Source: an uncultured Lachnospiraceae bacterium (GTDB lineage Bacteria > Bacillota > Clostridia > UBA1381). Taken from it: DNA of 64,000 bases. The notes beneath the pieces are model-generated. The model was not told where the DNA came from, made no database searches, and saw nothing but the letters and a program-made list of their open reading frames with translations. The stretch's first letter is position 1, and the number at the start of each line of letters is the position of its first letter. Positions 49,058 through 60,593 of this stretch are shown in pieces. Both the position numbers and the translations under genes were made by a program. Location: NCBI GenBank assembly GCA_964634635.1, contig CAZWMB010000001.1:8590-72589 (forward strand), given 5' to 3'.

Positions 49058-51667
49058 TTATTTTACCCAATCCTCAAACTCGTAGTCATCGGCGGCAGCC
49101 TCCATAAAGTCTCCTGTAAATTCCAGAGCGCAAATAACGTTCAGGCACCACTGAGCGGCAAAATTCGTGCTTATCCAAAAAGCCTCCCTCAGCGCCGGAG
49201 CGTTGAAATAATCCTTAATTTCCGTCAGGTCAAAATTATCCTTTTTCTCCCTGCCGGAAAGCGAGTATATAAGCACCTGCCACACCTTACGCGCCAGATC
49301 CCTGTCGTCCGTTTCACGCGCCGTCCACGCGCACAGCGCCGCCGCCATATACGGATACTCAAATCCCTCGCCGTCTATAAGATTTTTCGCCGCCCTGCGC
49401 TTTTCCTCGGGGGAGAGAAAATAGAATTTTCCGTACTCGGCAAGCATTTCACGGAACTCCTCATCTCCAAGGCAGTCCGCAAGCTCCATCCATGTCTGAG
49501 GTCCTCCCATGCATACCGCCAGATGCGAGCCGCCGGCGGCGTTTTCGCCTATATATCCAAGATGACCGGTCGCGGGGTCATACTCAAAATTTGAACCGGA
49601 TATAAGCCTCAGCGGCGCTTTTTTCAAATCCTCTATACCCGTTTTTATCTTATCGCGGTATCTTACGTCGCCATAGCGCTCCCACGCCGTATACCAGTTT
49701 GAGCAGTAGGTGGACCAGTCCGGACCGCTGCGCGCGTGCGTCGGCAGCCTGCTTTCCTCTTTTTTATAAAAATACCTGAGGGGGTCCATAGCGAGAGTCG
49801 AAAAATCCGCGTCGCGCACGTCGTCCAGGACGTCGCCTATGCGTAAATCACCGCCTGTAAGATAATACAGCGCCCTGTGATGTCCCGCCATAGCCACACG
49901 CGGCTCTTTGCACGAATCTCCCCAATGCACCACGTTATGACGGCTGCCAAGACCCTTTAATTCCCCAAAATGATAGGTGTCAACATCAGCCGCGTGACGG
50001 CTCATCGCCTCGGCGACTGTGAATATGTCCTCGCGTCCTGTACGCAGAAACGCATACCACAGCCATAGAGTCGGCACAAGCTCGGTGTTCTGCCACGCGT
50101 AGCCTCCCATATCGTAACGCCAGCAATGACGCTGAGCGTCATAGGTATGCATAACGTCGCCGTAATCCCACAGTCCGTACCAGTGACGCTGTTCTATTTC
50201 ATTTTTGTAGAAGTCAAACGCCTTGTCCATCTCGTCCTCAAGCCACGTCCTGAGCGGCGTATCCCTCACGGGCAGGCTCCATTCGCCAAGCGCCTTTACC
50301 TCGTGGTAATACTCCGGCGATGAGAGCAGCACGGGCGGTTTCTGTACGCGCTCCGCCTTATTCATAAGCTCGCTGTCCGCAGGGACGCTGTCAAACATGT
50401 ACAGCGTCATTTCATTTGTGTTGGCTATTCCGTACGCGCTCGCGCCTATTTCCGGGAAGCCCTCATAATAGGTCTGGTCATGCGGTACGTTGTCATAATG
50501 GCGCATGTCCTGCGCCGGAGCGTCGGGCGGAACAATCCACGCCGTAAGAGACGCCTCGTCCGTGCTTAGTCCGCGCGCGTACAGCGACGTGGGGTACTTC
50601 TGCCAGAAGTCGCGCACGCATACCGCAATACCGTTTTTTTCGTCGCCTATGTACATAAGACCCTTTGAGCGTCTGCCCCAGTTCGCCTTTATAAAAGAAC
50701 ATTCCTCGGGAGCGGTACGCTTCATGACCGTAAAGCTGTCCGGGCTTGTCTGCCGCAAACGATAACAGTCCCATTTTGTTACATTGTCTATCTGCTCGTC
50801 CGTCACCTGTTCTCCGTTGCGTAAATCTACAATGCCGTCCAGATTTATTATCTCTCCGGACATCTGTTTTTCATGTATCGGCTGATTTCCTATTGACGGC
50901 CCCAGTCTTGGACGCCACAGGTTCAGTATCTGTACCTCCTCGTGCATCACTCCGCAGTCGCCTGTTATTTTTATATGGCGGTTGTACTGTTCGCCCTCCA
51001 TTTTACGGGTAAGCTCCACTCCGACGCCCTTTATAAAATCAACGCTTTCGTCGCCGTCATACAGAAAGGTATGTGTAATTTTCACGGACGGCTCGTCAAA
51101 ATAAACTGCGAAGCGGACAATAAATCTTAAAAACTCGCCTCCGTCAGCGTTTTTATGCGCGCCGGACGCCTTTATAACGGTCTTTACATTTCCGCTTTCC
51201 TCAACGCATACCTCGTCCGCCGTACCTATATACGGAACCGACCTCGTTACCTCACAGTCTCCCTCGAAGCCGCGCGTTTCCTTTACCGCCCTGAGCGACG
51301 CGTCCGCGTACGGAGTTTTCATAAGAACCGTTCCCGACTTAGGGAATACCGCCTTGAACAAGCCGTTGTCAACCGTTATCTCGCTGTCCGTTTCCTCCGT
51401 CGTTATTCCCTCGAAGGCCGCGAATACGCCGTTTGTCAGCGTCAGCCCGTCCTCTCCGACCTTGGCGGTGTGCGACGTCCATTTAACGCTGCCGTCCTCC
51501 CAAAACGCTATCGGACGCATATCCATCGCCGTATCCGGTTCGGGAGCTATGCCTGTCATAATTCTTCCGTCCTCATATTGTATCTGTCCTTTTTTCCACG
51601 GAACTCCGAAGGTTACATATCCGCCCTTCGCGCGGTTTTCAAGCCAATGTAGTTTTACTGTACGCAT
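49058..51667 (-). CDS. PL26/YetA-like lyase (mirror copy)
   Basis: Identical to 31872-34481. Confidence 0.75.
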   Translation of the reverse strand: MRTVKLHWLENRAKGGYVTFGVPWKKGQIQYEDGRIMTGIAPEPDTAMDMRPIAFWEDGSVKWTSHTAKVGEDGLTLTNGVFAAFEGITTEETDSEITVDNGLFKAVFPKSGTVLMKTPYADASLRAVKETRGFEGDCEVTRSVPYIGTADEVCVEESGNVKTVIKASGAHKNADGGEFLRFIVRFAVYFDEPSVKITHTFLYDGDESVDFIKGVGVELTRKMEGEQYNRHIKITGDCGVMHEEVQILNLWRPRLGPSIGNQPIHEKQMSGEIINLDGIVDLRNGEQVTDEQIDNVTKWDCYRLRQTSPDSFTVMKRTAPEECSFIKANWGRRSKGLMYIGDEKNGIAVCVRDFWQKYPTSLYARGLSTDEASLTAWIVPPDAPAQDMRHYDNVPHDQTYYEGFPEIGASAYGIANTNEMTLYMFDSVPADSELMNKAERVQKPPVLLSSPEYYHEVKALGEWSLPVRDTPLRTWLEDEMDKAFDFYKNEIEQRHWYGLWDYGDVMHTYDAQRHCWRYDMGGYAWQNTELVPTLWLWYAFLRTGREDIFTVAEAMSRHAADVDTYHFGELKGLGSRHNVVHWGDSCKEPRVAMAGHHRALYYLTGGDLRIGDVLDDVRDADFSTLAMDPLRYFYKKEESRLPTHARSGPDWSTYCSNWYTAWERYGDVRYRDKIKTGIEDLKKAPLRLISGSNFEYDPATGHLGYIGENAAGGSHLAVCMGGPQTWMELADCLGDEEFREMLAEYGKFYFLSPEEKRRAAKNLIDGEGFEYPYMAAALCAWTARETDDRDLARKVWQVLIYSLSGREKKDNFDLTEIKDYFNAPALREAFWISTNFAAQWCLNVICALEFTGDFMEAAADDYEFEDWVK

Positions 51668-51759
51668 CCTTTTTCATCTCCTTAAGTTTTATTTTACCAA
51701 ATTATGAGTATTTTTTCAATAGTAAAATAAGGTTCGCCCACGGCAAAAGCATTTATTTT

Positions 51760-52926
51760 TTAAAAAGTAAGCGCTTTTACTCTGACAGGCGGCGTGGTAA
51801 AATCCTTTCCGCCGCGCGTATCCGCCGGGGCGCACAGCATAGCGACGTCGGTAGCGCGCAGGTCGAGAGCGAACTGCGGGCTTATATCCCTGAAATCGGC
51901 GGTTTTAGTTATAATCGGAATAGCGCATGTTTTTTTAGCCCGCCTCAGAATGTCCGTACCGGTTTTGTTCATACCGAGTACTCGTATATACTGCGGCTCG
52001 CGTGTATAAATATCTTTTGTAAATCCAATGAGCGCGCCGAACAGTATACGCCGGATTTTACTTTCGGTGTATCGCTTGTTTTTGACAAGCGCCGTAAGCT
52101 CGTCCATACTGCGTGCATCCCTGGCGCATGCTATTATTCTGTTTTCAATTCCCTCGGAAACCTCGTTTATATTTTTAAGTTCGCCGGCGGACATTGTCCT
52201 CAGGCGCGACAGTAAGGCTATGTCAAGAGAGGAGGCGTCGAACGGGAAGTTATCGCCAAGTTCCGATATGGGGTAGGGAATGTACGCTGAAATATCGTCT
52301 CCGTTTTTTATTCCCGAACGCAGAGCGGACGCGCTCGCCGTGTTACCGCGCGCTGTTACCGCGTCATGCTCGGCGCCCTGTCTTTTTACGGTGAACGGCG
52401 TTATTTCGCTGCCGCGCCTGTAAATGGCGCGGACATATTCAAGCGCGAGTATATTATTCGGTTCCGACAAAATATCCTCAGGTATAACGCCGCCGTACGC
52501 TTTTGTCACAGCCGACGGATAGCTCATGCCCTTCGCCGAATACTTTTTTATCTTATCGGATATTTCCTTCGTTTCGTTTTCAAGCAGTAAAGCCGCGGCG
52601 GATATTCTGTCAATATCTCCGCACTCGCTGCCAAAGCATATACTGTCGACGACTCCGAGCGAGTCAAGAATACCCACTCCGCCTTCCGCGAAGCCGGGAG
52701 CGGCATTAAGCGCATAGCACACGGGCAGCTCCAGCACCAGATCCGCGCCGTTTAAAAGAGCGATCCTCGCTCTTGCCCATTTATCGCATACGGCCACGTC
52801 GCCGCGCTGTACAAATGAACCGCTTATTACCGCGACAACCGCGTCCGAGCGTTTTTTTATTTCATCAAGCTGGTACTTATGACCGTTATGAAAAATATTG
52901 TATTCGGCAATTACACCGGTAATCAT
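51760..52926 (-). CDS. tmcAL: TmcAL (mirror copy)
   Basis: Identical to 30613-31779. Confidence 0.9.
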   Translation of the reverse strand: MITGVIAEYNIFHNGHKYQLDEIKKRSDAVVAVISGSFVQRGDVAVCDKWARARIALLNGADLVLELPVCYALNAAPGFAEGGVGILDSLGVVDSICFGSECGDIDRISAAALLLENETKEISDKIKKYSAKGMSYPSAVTKAYGGVIPEDILSEPNNILALEYVRAIYRRGSEITPFTVKRQGAEHDAVTARGNTASASALRSGIKNGDDISAYIPYPISELGDNFPFDASSLDIALLSRLRTMSAGELKNINEVSEGIENRIIACARDARSMDELTALVKNKRYTESKIRRILFGALIGFTKDIYTREPQYIRVLGMNKTGTDILRRAKKTCAIPIITKTADFRDISPQFALDLRATDVAMLCAPADTRGGKDFTTPPVRVKALTF

Positions 52927-53111
52927 TCTATCACCCCGAACCTAATTATACAGCATTAAAACGTAAAAGTACAGAATTATTTCCAATTATTTCTCAAACA
53001 GACGGTATATAAGCAAAATCCATAAAATCTATTGACAAAGTGAGAGATAAGAGGTAAAATATATCGGAACAGTTATTCATACGTTCAAATAAATACATGG
53101 GAGTTGATATA

Positions 53112-54299
53112 ATGAAATCGGTTTATATGGATAACAGCGCAACTACCCGCGTCAAAAAGGAAGTAATTGACACGATGCTGCCGTTTTACGCAGACACGTT
53201 CGGTAACGCCTCCTCAAAGTTTTACAGAACCGGCAGGGACGCGGAGCAGGCGCTGTATAAAATGCGGGAGAATATGGCGAAGCTTTTGGGCGCGGCAAAG
53301 GCGAATGAAATATATTTTACAGGCTCGGGCTGCGAGTCGGACAACTGGGCGATAAAGGGCGTCGCCATGGCTAACCGTAATAAGGGCAATCACATTATAA
53401 CCTCAAAAATTGAGCATCACGCAATTCTTAATACATGTGAATATCTTGAAAAGCATGGCTTTGAAGTGACATACCTTGACGTTGACGAATATGGCTTTGT
53501 AAGTCCCGAATTATTGGAAAAAAGTATAACAGACAGGACGATACTTGTTTCAATCATGACGGCGAACAATGAAATAGGTACCGTAGAGCCTATAAAGGAA
53601 ATTGCCGAAATAACCAAAAGGCATGGGGTTGTGTTTCATACCGACGCCGTACAGGCAATAGGGCATATGCCGATAAATGTACAGGAGCTTGGGGTGGATA
53701 TGCTTTCACTGTCGGCGCACAAATTTCACGGACCGAAGGGTGTGGGCGCGCTGTATATAAGGAACGGAGTGAGGATAGACAGCCTTATTCACGGCGGAGG
53801 ACAGGAGAGAGGCAAGCGCGCCGCCACGGAAAATACAGCCGGAATAGCAGGTATGGTAAAGGCGCTTGAGACAGCCGTGCGGGAGCTTGACGGTAATATT
53901 GCGAAAATGACAAAGCTGCGTGATAAGCTTATTGACGGAATACGGGAAAGAATACCGTACTGCCGCCTTAACGGCGCGTCCGGAGAAAAGCGTCTGTGTA
54001 ACAACGTGAATTTTTCGTTTCAGTATGTAGAGGGCGAGTCAATTCTTATGATGCTTGACATGAAGGGCGTGGAGGCGTCAAGCGGCAGCGCCTGCGCGTC
54101 AGGCTCGCTCGACCCGTCGCACGTACTGCTCGCGATAGGCTTGCCGAGCGAGGTTGCGCACGGCTCGCTGCGGCTCAGCATCAGCGAGGATACAACGGAG
54201 GAGGACGTCGATTATGTGCTGGACGTTTTGCCGCCTATAATTCAAAGGCTTAGAGATATGTCGCCTTTATACGAGGGCGTTGAAAGGAGTGTAAAATAA
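53112..54299 (+). CDS. nifS: Cysteine desulfurase (mirror copy)
   Basis: Identical to 29240-30427. Confidence 0.95.
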   Translation: MKSVYMDNSATTRVKKEVIDTMLPFYADTFGNASSKFYRTGRDAEQALYKMRENMAKLLGAAKANEIYFTGSGCESDNWAIKGVAMANRNKGNHIITSKIEHHAILNTCEYLEKHGFEVTYLDVDEYGFVSPELLEKSITDRTILVSIMTANNEIGTVEPIKEIAEITKRHGVVFHTDAVQAIGHMPINVQELGVDMLSLSAHKFHGPKGVGALYIRNGVRIDSLIHGGGQERGKRAATENTAGIAGMVKALETAVRELDGNIAKMTKLRDKLIDGIRERIPYCRLNGASGEKRLCNNVNFSFQYVEGESILMMLDMKGVEASSGSACASGSLDPSHVLLAIGLPSEVAHGSLRLSISEDTTEEDVDYVLDVLPPIIQRLRDMSPLYEGVERSVK

Positions 54300-54697
54300 T
54301 GTACAGTGAAAAGGTAATGGAGCATTTTGCAAATCCGAGAAATGTCGGGGAGATAGAGAACGCGAACGCCATAGGGCAGGTAGGAAACGCGAAGTGCGGC
54401 GATATAATGAAGATGTATATGAGGATAGAGAACGACGTTATTCAGGACGTTAAGTTCAAAACCTTCGGCTGCGGAGCCGCCATAGCGACCAGCTCGATGG
54501 CAACGGAAATGGTAAAAGGAAAGACGGTTGAGGAGGCTTTGGAGCTAACCAATAAAGCGGTAATGGAGGCGCTTGACGGACTGCCGCCCGAGAAAATACA
54601 CTGTTCGGTACTCGCGGAGGAGGCAATACAGTCGGCTATAAACGATTATAAGTCCGGATTGCGCGAAAAGGAGCAAAAGACGAATAAAGACAAATAA
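54299..54697 (+). CDS. nifU: Fe-S scaffold (mirror copy)
   Basis: Identical to 28842-29240. Confidence 0.95.
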   Translation: MYSEKVMEHFANPRNVGEIENANAIGQVGNAKCGDIMKMYMRIENDVIQDVKFKTFGCGAAIATSSMATEMVKGKTVEEALELTNKAVMEALDGLPPEKIHCSVLAEEAIQSAINDYKSGLREKEQKTNKDK

Positions 54698-54902
54698 AGA
54701 CGAATAAAGATGAAATAAGATACAATATGGTGTTGATAGTTGGTTATAAATTGACTGTCATACACCATATTTTGTGTATTGAGAGTAAAAGTTACCATAA
54801 ACAGCGCTTGATTTTTGAACATATTTAACAAGGTTTGCAATATTTTTAAATAAAATATTGCAATGGAATAAACAATAGTATATAATTTTATCGGTTGTTG
54901 AT

Positions 54903-54919
54903 TTAGTACCAGATACTAA
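54903..54919. promoter_or_regulatory. FapR operator (mirror copy)
   Basis: TTAGTACCAGATACTAA. Confidence 0.85.
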
Positions 54920-54962
54920 TAATAATTGACAAAACAATAGAAACGGAAAGGAGCGCTCGTAA

Positions 54963-55508
54963 ATGACGAGGACAGCGCTGAAAAAGCAGCGGCAGGAGTT
55001 TTTGCTTAAAAAGATAGAGCAGAACCCGTTCTTAAAGGACGAAGAACTTGCCGAGGTATGTCATGTGAGTGTTTCAACCATACGTTTTGACAGAGCGGAG
55101 CTTGGCATAGCCGAATATCGTGAGCGTGTCAAATCCGCGGCTCAGGAAATCAGAAACAGTACGGACGCCGCGGGCGAGGTACTTGATCTCAATTTGTTTC
55201 AAGATGGAATATCTGTACTGAAAACGGACATGTCAATGGCGTTTGAAGGAACAAATATAGTAAAGGGACAGTATATTTACGCGTTTGCGGAAAACCTCGC
55301 TATAAGTGTAATAAACGCAAAGGCGGCGCTTGTAAAAGTCGCCAATGTGAAGTACACGCACGAGGCTCACGCGGGAGAAAGTCTTGTTGCAAAATCTGAC
55401 GTAATCAGAGTGAGGGAAAATGGATGTATTGTGCGTGTGGTCATAAAAGCTAACATGCACGAGGTTTTCAGAGGAAAATTCAGTCTGTTCGCCGCTGACT
55501 GCGGCTGA
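54963..55508 (+). CDS. fapR: FapR (mirror copy)
   Basis: Identical to 28031-28576. Confidence 0.92.
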   Translation: MTRTALKKQRQEFLLKKIEQNPFLKDEELAEVCHVSVSTIRFDRAELGIAEYRERVKSAAQEIRNSTDAAGEVLDLNLFQDGISVLKTDMSMAFEGTNIVKGQYIYAFAENLAISVINAKAALVKVANVKYTHEAHAGESLVAKSDVIRVRENGCIVRVVIKANMHEVFRGKFSLFAADCG

Positions 55509-55527
55509 CGGACAATCGGAGGCTTAT

Positions 55528-56535
55528 ATGAAAATTATTGTGGACGCAATGGGCGGCGACAACGCGCCGCACGCGCCTGTAAAGGCGGCGGCGAGAGCCG
55601 CGGCGGAGCTTGAAATCGAAATAGCTCTTGTCGGACGGGAGGATGTAATCCGGCGCGAGCTTGCGGCTTATGATTATCCGGCGGATAAAATAAGTATTGT
55701 AAACGCCGGCGAGGTTATTTCAAATCATGAGGAGCCTGTAAAGGCGGTACGCGGCAAAAAGAACGCGTCGGTTGTTGTAGCCGCCAATATGCTGAAGAAC
55801 GGCTGCGGCGACGCTATGTTATCCATGGGAAACACCGGCGCGCTGTTAGCGTCGGGGTTACTTATAGTCGGACGTGTTAAGGGCGTGCTGCGTCCCGCGC
55901 TCGCGACTCTTCTGCCGTCGGCAAGGGGACCGAAGATGCTTATAGACGCCGGCGCGAATACAAACTGTAAACCCGAAAATCTTGTACAGTTTGCCGTTAT
56001 GGGCAGTATATATATGAAAAACGTTTTAGGTACGGAAAATCCCGCTGTCGGGCTTATATCCAACGGCGAGGAGGAGGGTAAGGGCGACGGGCTTACGAAG
56101 GAAACCTATCCAATGCTGAAGAACGCGCCTCTGAATTTTATAGGTAATATCGAGGGCCGCGATGTTATGGAGGGTAATGCGGACGTTATGACCTGCGACG
56201 GATTTGTCGGAAATGTCGTACTGAAAACCGTCGAGGGTATGGGACATGTCGTATCGGATAAGGTAAAGGCAATATTCACCAGAAATATATTTACAAAGCT
56301 CGGCGCGCTGTTTGTTATGAGAGGTCTGAATAGCTTCCGTCATTCAATGGATTACCGCGAATACGGCGGAGCGCCGCTCCTCGGTACAAGGAGTCCCGTC
56401 ATAAAGGGGCATGGCTCATCTGACAGTAAGGCGGTATTTTCCGCTATATTACAGGCTAAAAAGTTTGTGGAAACAAATGTAATCAGTGAAATTGAAAAGA
56501 ACATAAACAGTATGGAGGATAAAACGGATGATTAA
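55528..56535 (+). CDS. plsX: PlsX (mirror copy)
   Basis: Identical to 27004-28011. Confidence 0.96.
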   Translation: MKIIVDAMGGDNAPHAPVKAAARAAAELEIEIALVGREDVIRRELAAYDYPADKISIVNAGEVISNHEEPVKAVRGKKNASVVVAANMLKNGCGDAMLSMGNTGALLASGLLIVGRVKGVLRPALATLLPSARGPKMLIDAGANTNCKPENLVQFAVMGSIYMKNVLGTENPAVGLISNGEEEGKGDGLTKETYPMLKNAPLNFIGNIEGRDVMEGNADVMTCDGFVGNVVLKTVEGMGHVVSDKVKAIFTRNIFTKLGALFVMRGLNSFRHSMDYREYGGAPLLGTRSPVIKGHGSSDSKAVFSAILQAKKFVETNVISEIEKNINSMEDKTDD

Positions 56536-57505
56536 CGCGAAAATAACCGGAATAGGCGGATACGTGCCGGAAAAGATATACGACAACGCCTATATGGAAA
56601 GCATTGTCGACACAAACGACGAGTGGATAACAAGACGTACAGGCATAAAGGAAAGACATATAGCCGCCGATGACGAATACACGACGGATATGGCGGCGAA
56701 GGCGGCGCTGGAGGCGATGAATAACTCCGGCGTTACCGCTGAAGACATAGATTTGATTATGGTCGGCACGGTTACTCCCGATTATTTTACGCCCTCGTGC
56801 GCGTGCGTCGTGCAGGCTGAGCTGGGCGCGGTTAACGCCGCGGCGTTTGATTACAACGCGGCATGCTCGGGCTTTGTAACCGGACTTACAATCGCGAAGC
56901 AGTTTATTCAGAACGGAACATATAAAAATATTCTTGTTGTCTGCGCGGACGCGCTCAGCAAGGCTGTGGATTACAAGGACAGAGCGACCTGCGTTTTATT
57001 CGGCGACGCGGCGGGCGCGGCGCTGGTTTCGGCAAGCGACGAGGCCGGTATAATTTCAACCGACATCGGCGCGGATGGAACCGGAGCCGGCGCTATAACG
57101 AGTCTCGCGTACCGTGACGACGCGGGGGAAACCGAAAAGAGAATAAGCGGAAGAAAGGACACTATATGGATGGCCGGCTCCGCCGTTATGAAATTTGCCG
57201 TAAAGGCTATGGCTGACGCGTCGCGTCGGGTGATTGAAAAGGCCGGCGTAACATGGGACGATATAGCGCTTGTCGTACCGCACCAGGCAAATTACAGAAT
57301 TGTTGACAGCGCGCTGAAGCGTATGGGTGTAAACGAGGATAAGGTGTATCTGACCCTCGAAAAATACGGCAACACTTCGGCGTCGTGCATACCTGTCGCG
57401 CTTGCCGAGGCTGTGGAGGCAGGCAGAGTAAGGAAGGGCGATAAGGTTGTGCTTGTAGGCTTTGGAGGAGGACTTACATGGGGAGCGGCGCTGTTGGAGT
57501 GGTAA
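56528..57505 (+). CDS. fabH: FabH (mirror copy)
   Basis: Identical to 26034-27011. Confidence 0.96.
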   Translation: MINAKITGIGGYVPEKIYDNAYMESIVDTNDEWITRRTGIKERHIAADDEYTTDMAAKAALEAMNNSGVTAEDIDLIMVGTVTPDYFTPSCACVVQAELGAVNAAAFDYNAACSGFVTGLTIAKQFIQNGTYKNILVVCADALSKAVDYKDRATCVLFGDAAGAALVSASDEAGIISTDIGADGTGAGAITSLAYRDDAGETEKRISGRKDTIWMAGSAVMKFAVKAMADASRRVIEKAGVTWDDIALVVPHQANYRIVDSALKRMGVNEDKVYLTLEKYGNTSASCIPVALAEAVEAGRVRKGDKVVLVGFGGGLTWGAALLEW

Positions 57506-57536
57506 AATAAAATTTTAATGGAGAGGGATAAAAGCA

Positions 57537-58478
57537 ATGAAAACAAGATTATGCGAATTACTTGGAATTGAGTATCCGATTATTCAGGGCGGTATGGCAT
57601 GGGTTGCCACCGCGGAACTGGCGGCGGCGGTGTCAAACGGCGGGGGTATCGGTCTTATCGCGGCGGGCAACGCTCCCGCGGAGGCGGTAAGAGAGCAGAT
57701 AAGGAAGGCTAAGACACTGACGGATAGGCCATTCGGTGTAAATGTAATGATGATGTCGCCGTTTGCGGAGGATGTTATGCGGGTTATCGCTGAGGAAAAG
57801 CCGGCGGCTGTTGCTACCGGCGCGGGTAATCCGTCTAAATACATACCCGCGCTGAAGGAGGCGGGCATAAAGGTAATGCCGGTAATTGCCAGCGTCGCTA
57901 TGGCTGTGAAAATGGAAAAAGCCGGCGCGGACGCTGTTATTGCCGAGGGTACAGAGGCGGGCGGACATATAGGCGAGCTTACGACCATGGTACTTGTACC
58001 GCAGGTCGCGGACGCTGTTTCAATACCTGTCGTTGCGGCGGGAGGCATCGCGGACAGCCGCGGCGCGGCGGCGGCTTTCGCGCTCGGCTCGGATGGAATA
58101 CAGGTTGGAACAAGATTTATATGCTCGGATGAATGTATAGCGCATGACAACTACAAGCAGGCGATTATAAAGGCGAAGGATCGCGACGCGGTCGTTACCG
58201 GACGCTCGACCGGCGCGCCTGTAAGAGCGCTTAAAAATAAGCTTACGCGCGAGTATGAAAGACTTGAAAAGGAAGGCGCGTCATTCGAGGAAATTGAACA
58301 GCTCGGCGTCGGCGGACTAAGACGCGCGTTTGAGCAGGGCGATACGCGGACAGGCTCGCTGATGGCGGGACAGTCTGCGGCCATGGTCAGAAAAATAGAG
58401 CCGTGCGCGGATATTATAAAGAGCTATTTTGACGGTATGGAAAGTGTTATTGAAGCAATAAACAAAAAACTTAGATAG
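57537..58478 (+). CDS. fabK: FabK (mirror copy)
   Basis: Identical to 25061-26002. Confidence 0.94.
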   Translation: MKTRLCELLGIEYPIIQGGMAWVATAELAAAVSNGGGIGLIAAGNAPAEAVREQIRKAKTLTDRPFGVNVMMMSPFAEDVMRVIAEEKPAAVATGAGNPSKYIPALKEAGIKVMPVIASVAMAVKMEKAGADAVIAEGTEAGGHIGELTTMVLVPQVADAVSIPVVAAGGIADSRGAAAAFALGSDGIQVGTRFICSDECIAHDNYKQAIIKAKDRDAVVTGRSTGAPVRALKNKLTREYERLEKEGASFEEIEQLGVGGLRRAFEQGDTRTGSLMAGQSAAMVRKIEPCADIIKSYFDGMESVIEAINKKLR

Positions 58479-58487
58479 GAGATAATT

Positions 58488-59423
58488 ATGGGTAAATTGG
58501 CATTTGTATTCGCCGGACAGGGCGCGCAAACGGTAGGAATGGGAAAAGAGCTTGCGGAGAATTTCCCTGCGGCTGACAATACGTTTGACGAAGCAAGCGA
58601 AGCGCTGGGCTTTGACATAAAGGATATGATATGGAACGGCGACAGCGAAACGCTCATGATTACTGAAAATACTCAGCCCGCAATTGTAACAATGAGCGTT
58701 GCGGCGTTGCGTGTAATTCAGGAAAAGGGAATACGCCCGGACGTTGTGGCGGGACTCAGTCTTGGCGAGTACACGGCGCACATAGCCTCCAGCTCAATGG
58801 ATTTTAAGGACGGCGTAAGGCTTGTTAAAAAACGAGGCAAGTACATGCAGGAGGAGGTTCCTGTCGGCAAGGGAGCCATGGCCGCCATAATCGCGCTTAC
58901 AGCGGAGCAGGTAAGGGAATGCTGTAAGGAGGCGTCAAAGGTTGGAGTATGTACGGGAGCGAACTTTAACTGCCCCGGACAGATTGTTGTTTCCGGCGAG
59001 ACCGCGGCTGTGGAGAAGTGTTGCGGGATTGCTAAGGAGATGGGCGCGAAACGCGCAATGCCGCTGCCCGTATCGGCGCCGTTTCACTGCGAGCTGCTTA
59101 AAGGCGCGGGAGAAAAGCTCGCAAAGGAGCTTGAGGGCGTTGAGGTAAAGGATATGCGGATACCGGTAATCACAAATGTAACCGCGGATTATATTGCGTC
59201 AAAGGATGATATAAAACCGCTTCTTGTAAAGCAGGTTTCAAATTCGGTTTTGTGGGAGGACACAATCAGGAGAATGCTCGCGGACGGCGTGGACGCCTTT
59301 GTTGAAGTCGGACCGGGTAAGGCTCTTGGCGGATTTATAAAAAAGGTTACAAAGGATGTAAGTATATACAATGTTGAGGACATGGCGTCGCTTGAAAAGA
59401 CTCTCGCGGGTCTTGGCGCTTGA
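58488..59423 (+). CDS. fabD: FabD (mirror copy)
   Basis: Identical to 24116-25051. Confidence 0.96.
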   Translation: MGKLAFVFAGQGAQTVGMGKELAENFPAADNTFDEASEALGFDIKDMIWNGDSETLMITENTQPAIVTMSVAALRVIQEKGIRPDVVAGLSLGEYTAHIASSSMDFKDGVRLVKKRGKYMQEEVPVGKGAMAAIIALTAEQVRECCKEASKVGVCTGANFNCPGQIVVSGETAAVEKCCGIAKEMGAKRAMPLPVSAPFHCELLKGAGEKLAKELEGVEVKDMRIPVITNVTADYIASKDDIKPLLVKQVSNSVLWEDTIRRMLADGVDAFVEVGPGKALGGFIKKVTKDVSIYNVEDMASLEKTLAGLGA

Positions 59424-59441
59424 TATTCGGAAAGGGGATTT

Positions 59442-60188
59442 ATGCGGATGTTAAAAGGACAGGTTGCTGTAATTACAGGCTCGGGAAGAGGAATTGGAAA
59501 GTCAATAGCTTTAAAGCTCGCCTCGTACGGCGCGAATATAGTTATAAACGACATTCCGTCGTCTGACTGCGCCGACGAAACTTGTGAAGAAATCAAGGCT
59601 GCGGGCGCCGACTCAATAGTTGTTAAGGGCGACGTAAGGAACAGCGCCGACGTGGTCGGGCTGATTGACACTGCCATGGAGAAATTCGGCAAAATTGACA
59701 TATTTGTAAATAACGCCGGTATTACAAGAGACGGTCTTATGATAAGAATGTCCGAGGAGGACTGGGATCTTGTAATGGACATAAACCTGAAGGGCGCGTT
59801 TAACTGTATAAAGGCGGTAGCGAAGCCGATGATGAAGCAGAGGAGCGGCTCTATTGTGAATATCGCGTCCATTGTAGGAGTTATGGGCAATCCCGGACAG
59901 GCAAACTATGTTGCGTCGAAGGCGGGACTTATCGGTCTTACGAAAACAACCGCCAAGGAATTCGCCAAGCGCGGCGTCCGATGTAACGCGGTAGCGCCCG
60001 GCTTTATTCGCTCGGCAATGACGGATGTGCTGTCGGAGGAGGTTAAGAAAAAGTACCTTGACGCTATTCCTCTCGGAAAATTCGGAGAAACCGAAAATAT
60101 TGCCGACGTTGTTGCGTTTTTAGCGTCTGACATGGCAAAATATGTTACGGGTCAGGTAATTAATGTTGACGGCGGACTTGTTATGTAA
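59442..60188 (+). CDS. fabG: FabG (mirror copy)
   Basis: Identical to 23351-24097. Confidence 0.96.
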   Translation: MRMLKGQVAVITGSGRGIGKSIALKLASYGANIVINDIPSSDCADETCEEIKAAGADSIVVKGDVRNSADVVGLIDTAMEKFGKIDIFVNNAGITRDGLMIRMSEEDWDLVMDINLKGAFNCIKAVAKPMMKQRSGSIVNIASIVGVMGNPGQANYVASKAGLIGLTKTTAKEFAKRGVRCNAVAPGFIRSAMTDVLSEEVKKKYLDAIPLGKFGETENIADVVAFLASDMAKYVTGQVINVDGGLVM

Positions 60189-60253
60189 TATAATATTCTA
60201 ACGGAATATATATTAACATATATTTACACTGCTGAAAGGGGGTGCAAAGGATA

Positions 60254-60484
60254 ATGGAGGAATTTGAGAGAGTAAAGAGCGTCATTGTTGACCAGTTAAG
60301 CGTTGACGAGGCTGACGTGACACCTGAGGCATCATTTGTTGATGATTTGGGCGCGGACTCTTTGGACGTTGTTGAGCTTATCATGGGTTTGGAAACGGAA
60401 TTCGATATCGAAATCCCTGATGAGGAGGCTGAGAATATCAGCACAGTAGGCGACGCTGTGGAATATATCAAGAGTCATGCGTAA
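60254..60484 (+). CDS. acpP: Acyl carrier protein (mirror copy)
   Basis: Identical to 23055-23285. Confidence 0.96.
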   Translation: MEEFERVKSVIVDQLSVDEADVTPEASFVDDLGADSLDVVELIMGLETEFDIEIPDEEAENISTVGDAVEYIKSHA

Positions 60485-60593
60485 GATAGAGGAGTAACCC
60501 TTGCATCAAATCACGATTTGGTGCAGGGGGTGAAACTTTTTGAGAACACAATATTTATTTTACATATAAAAAATAAACAGGAGGCATACCATA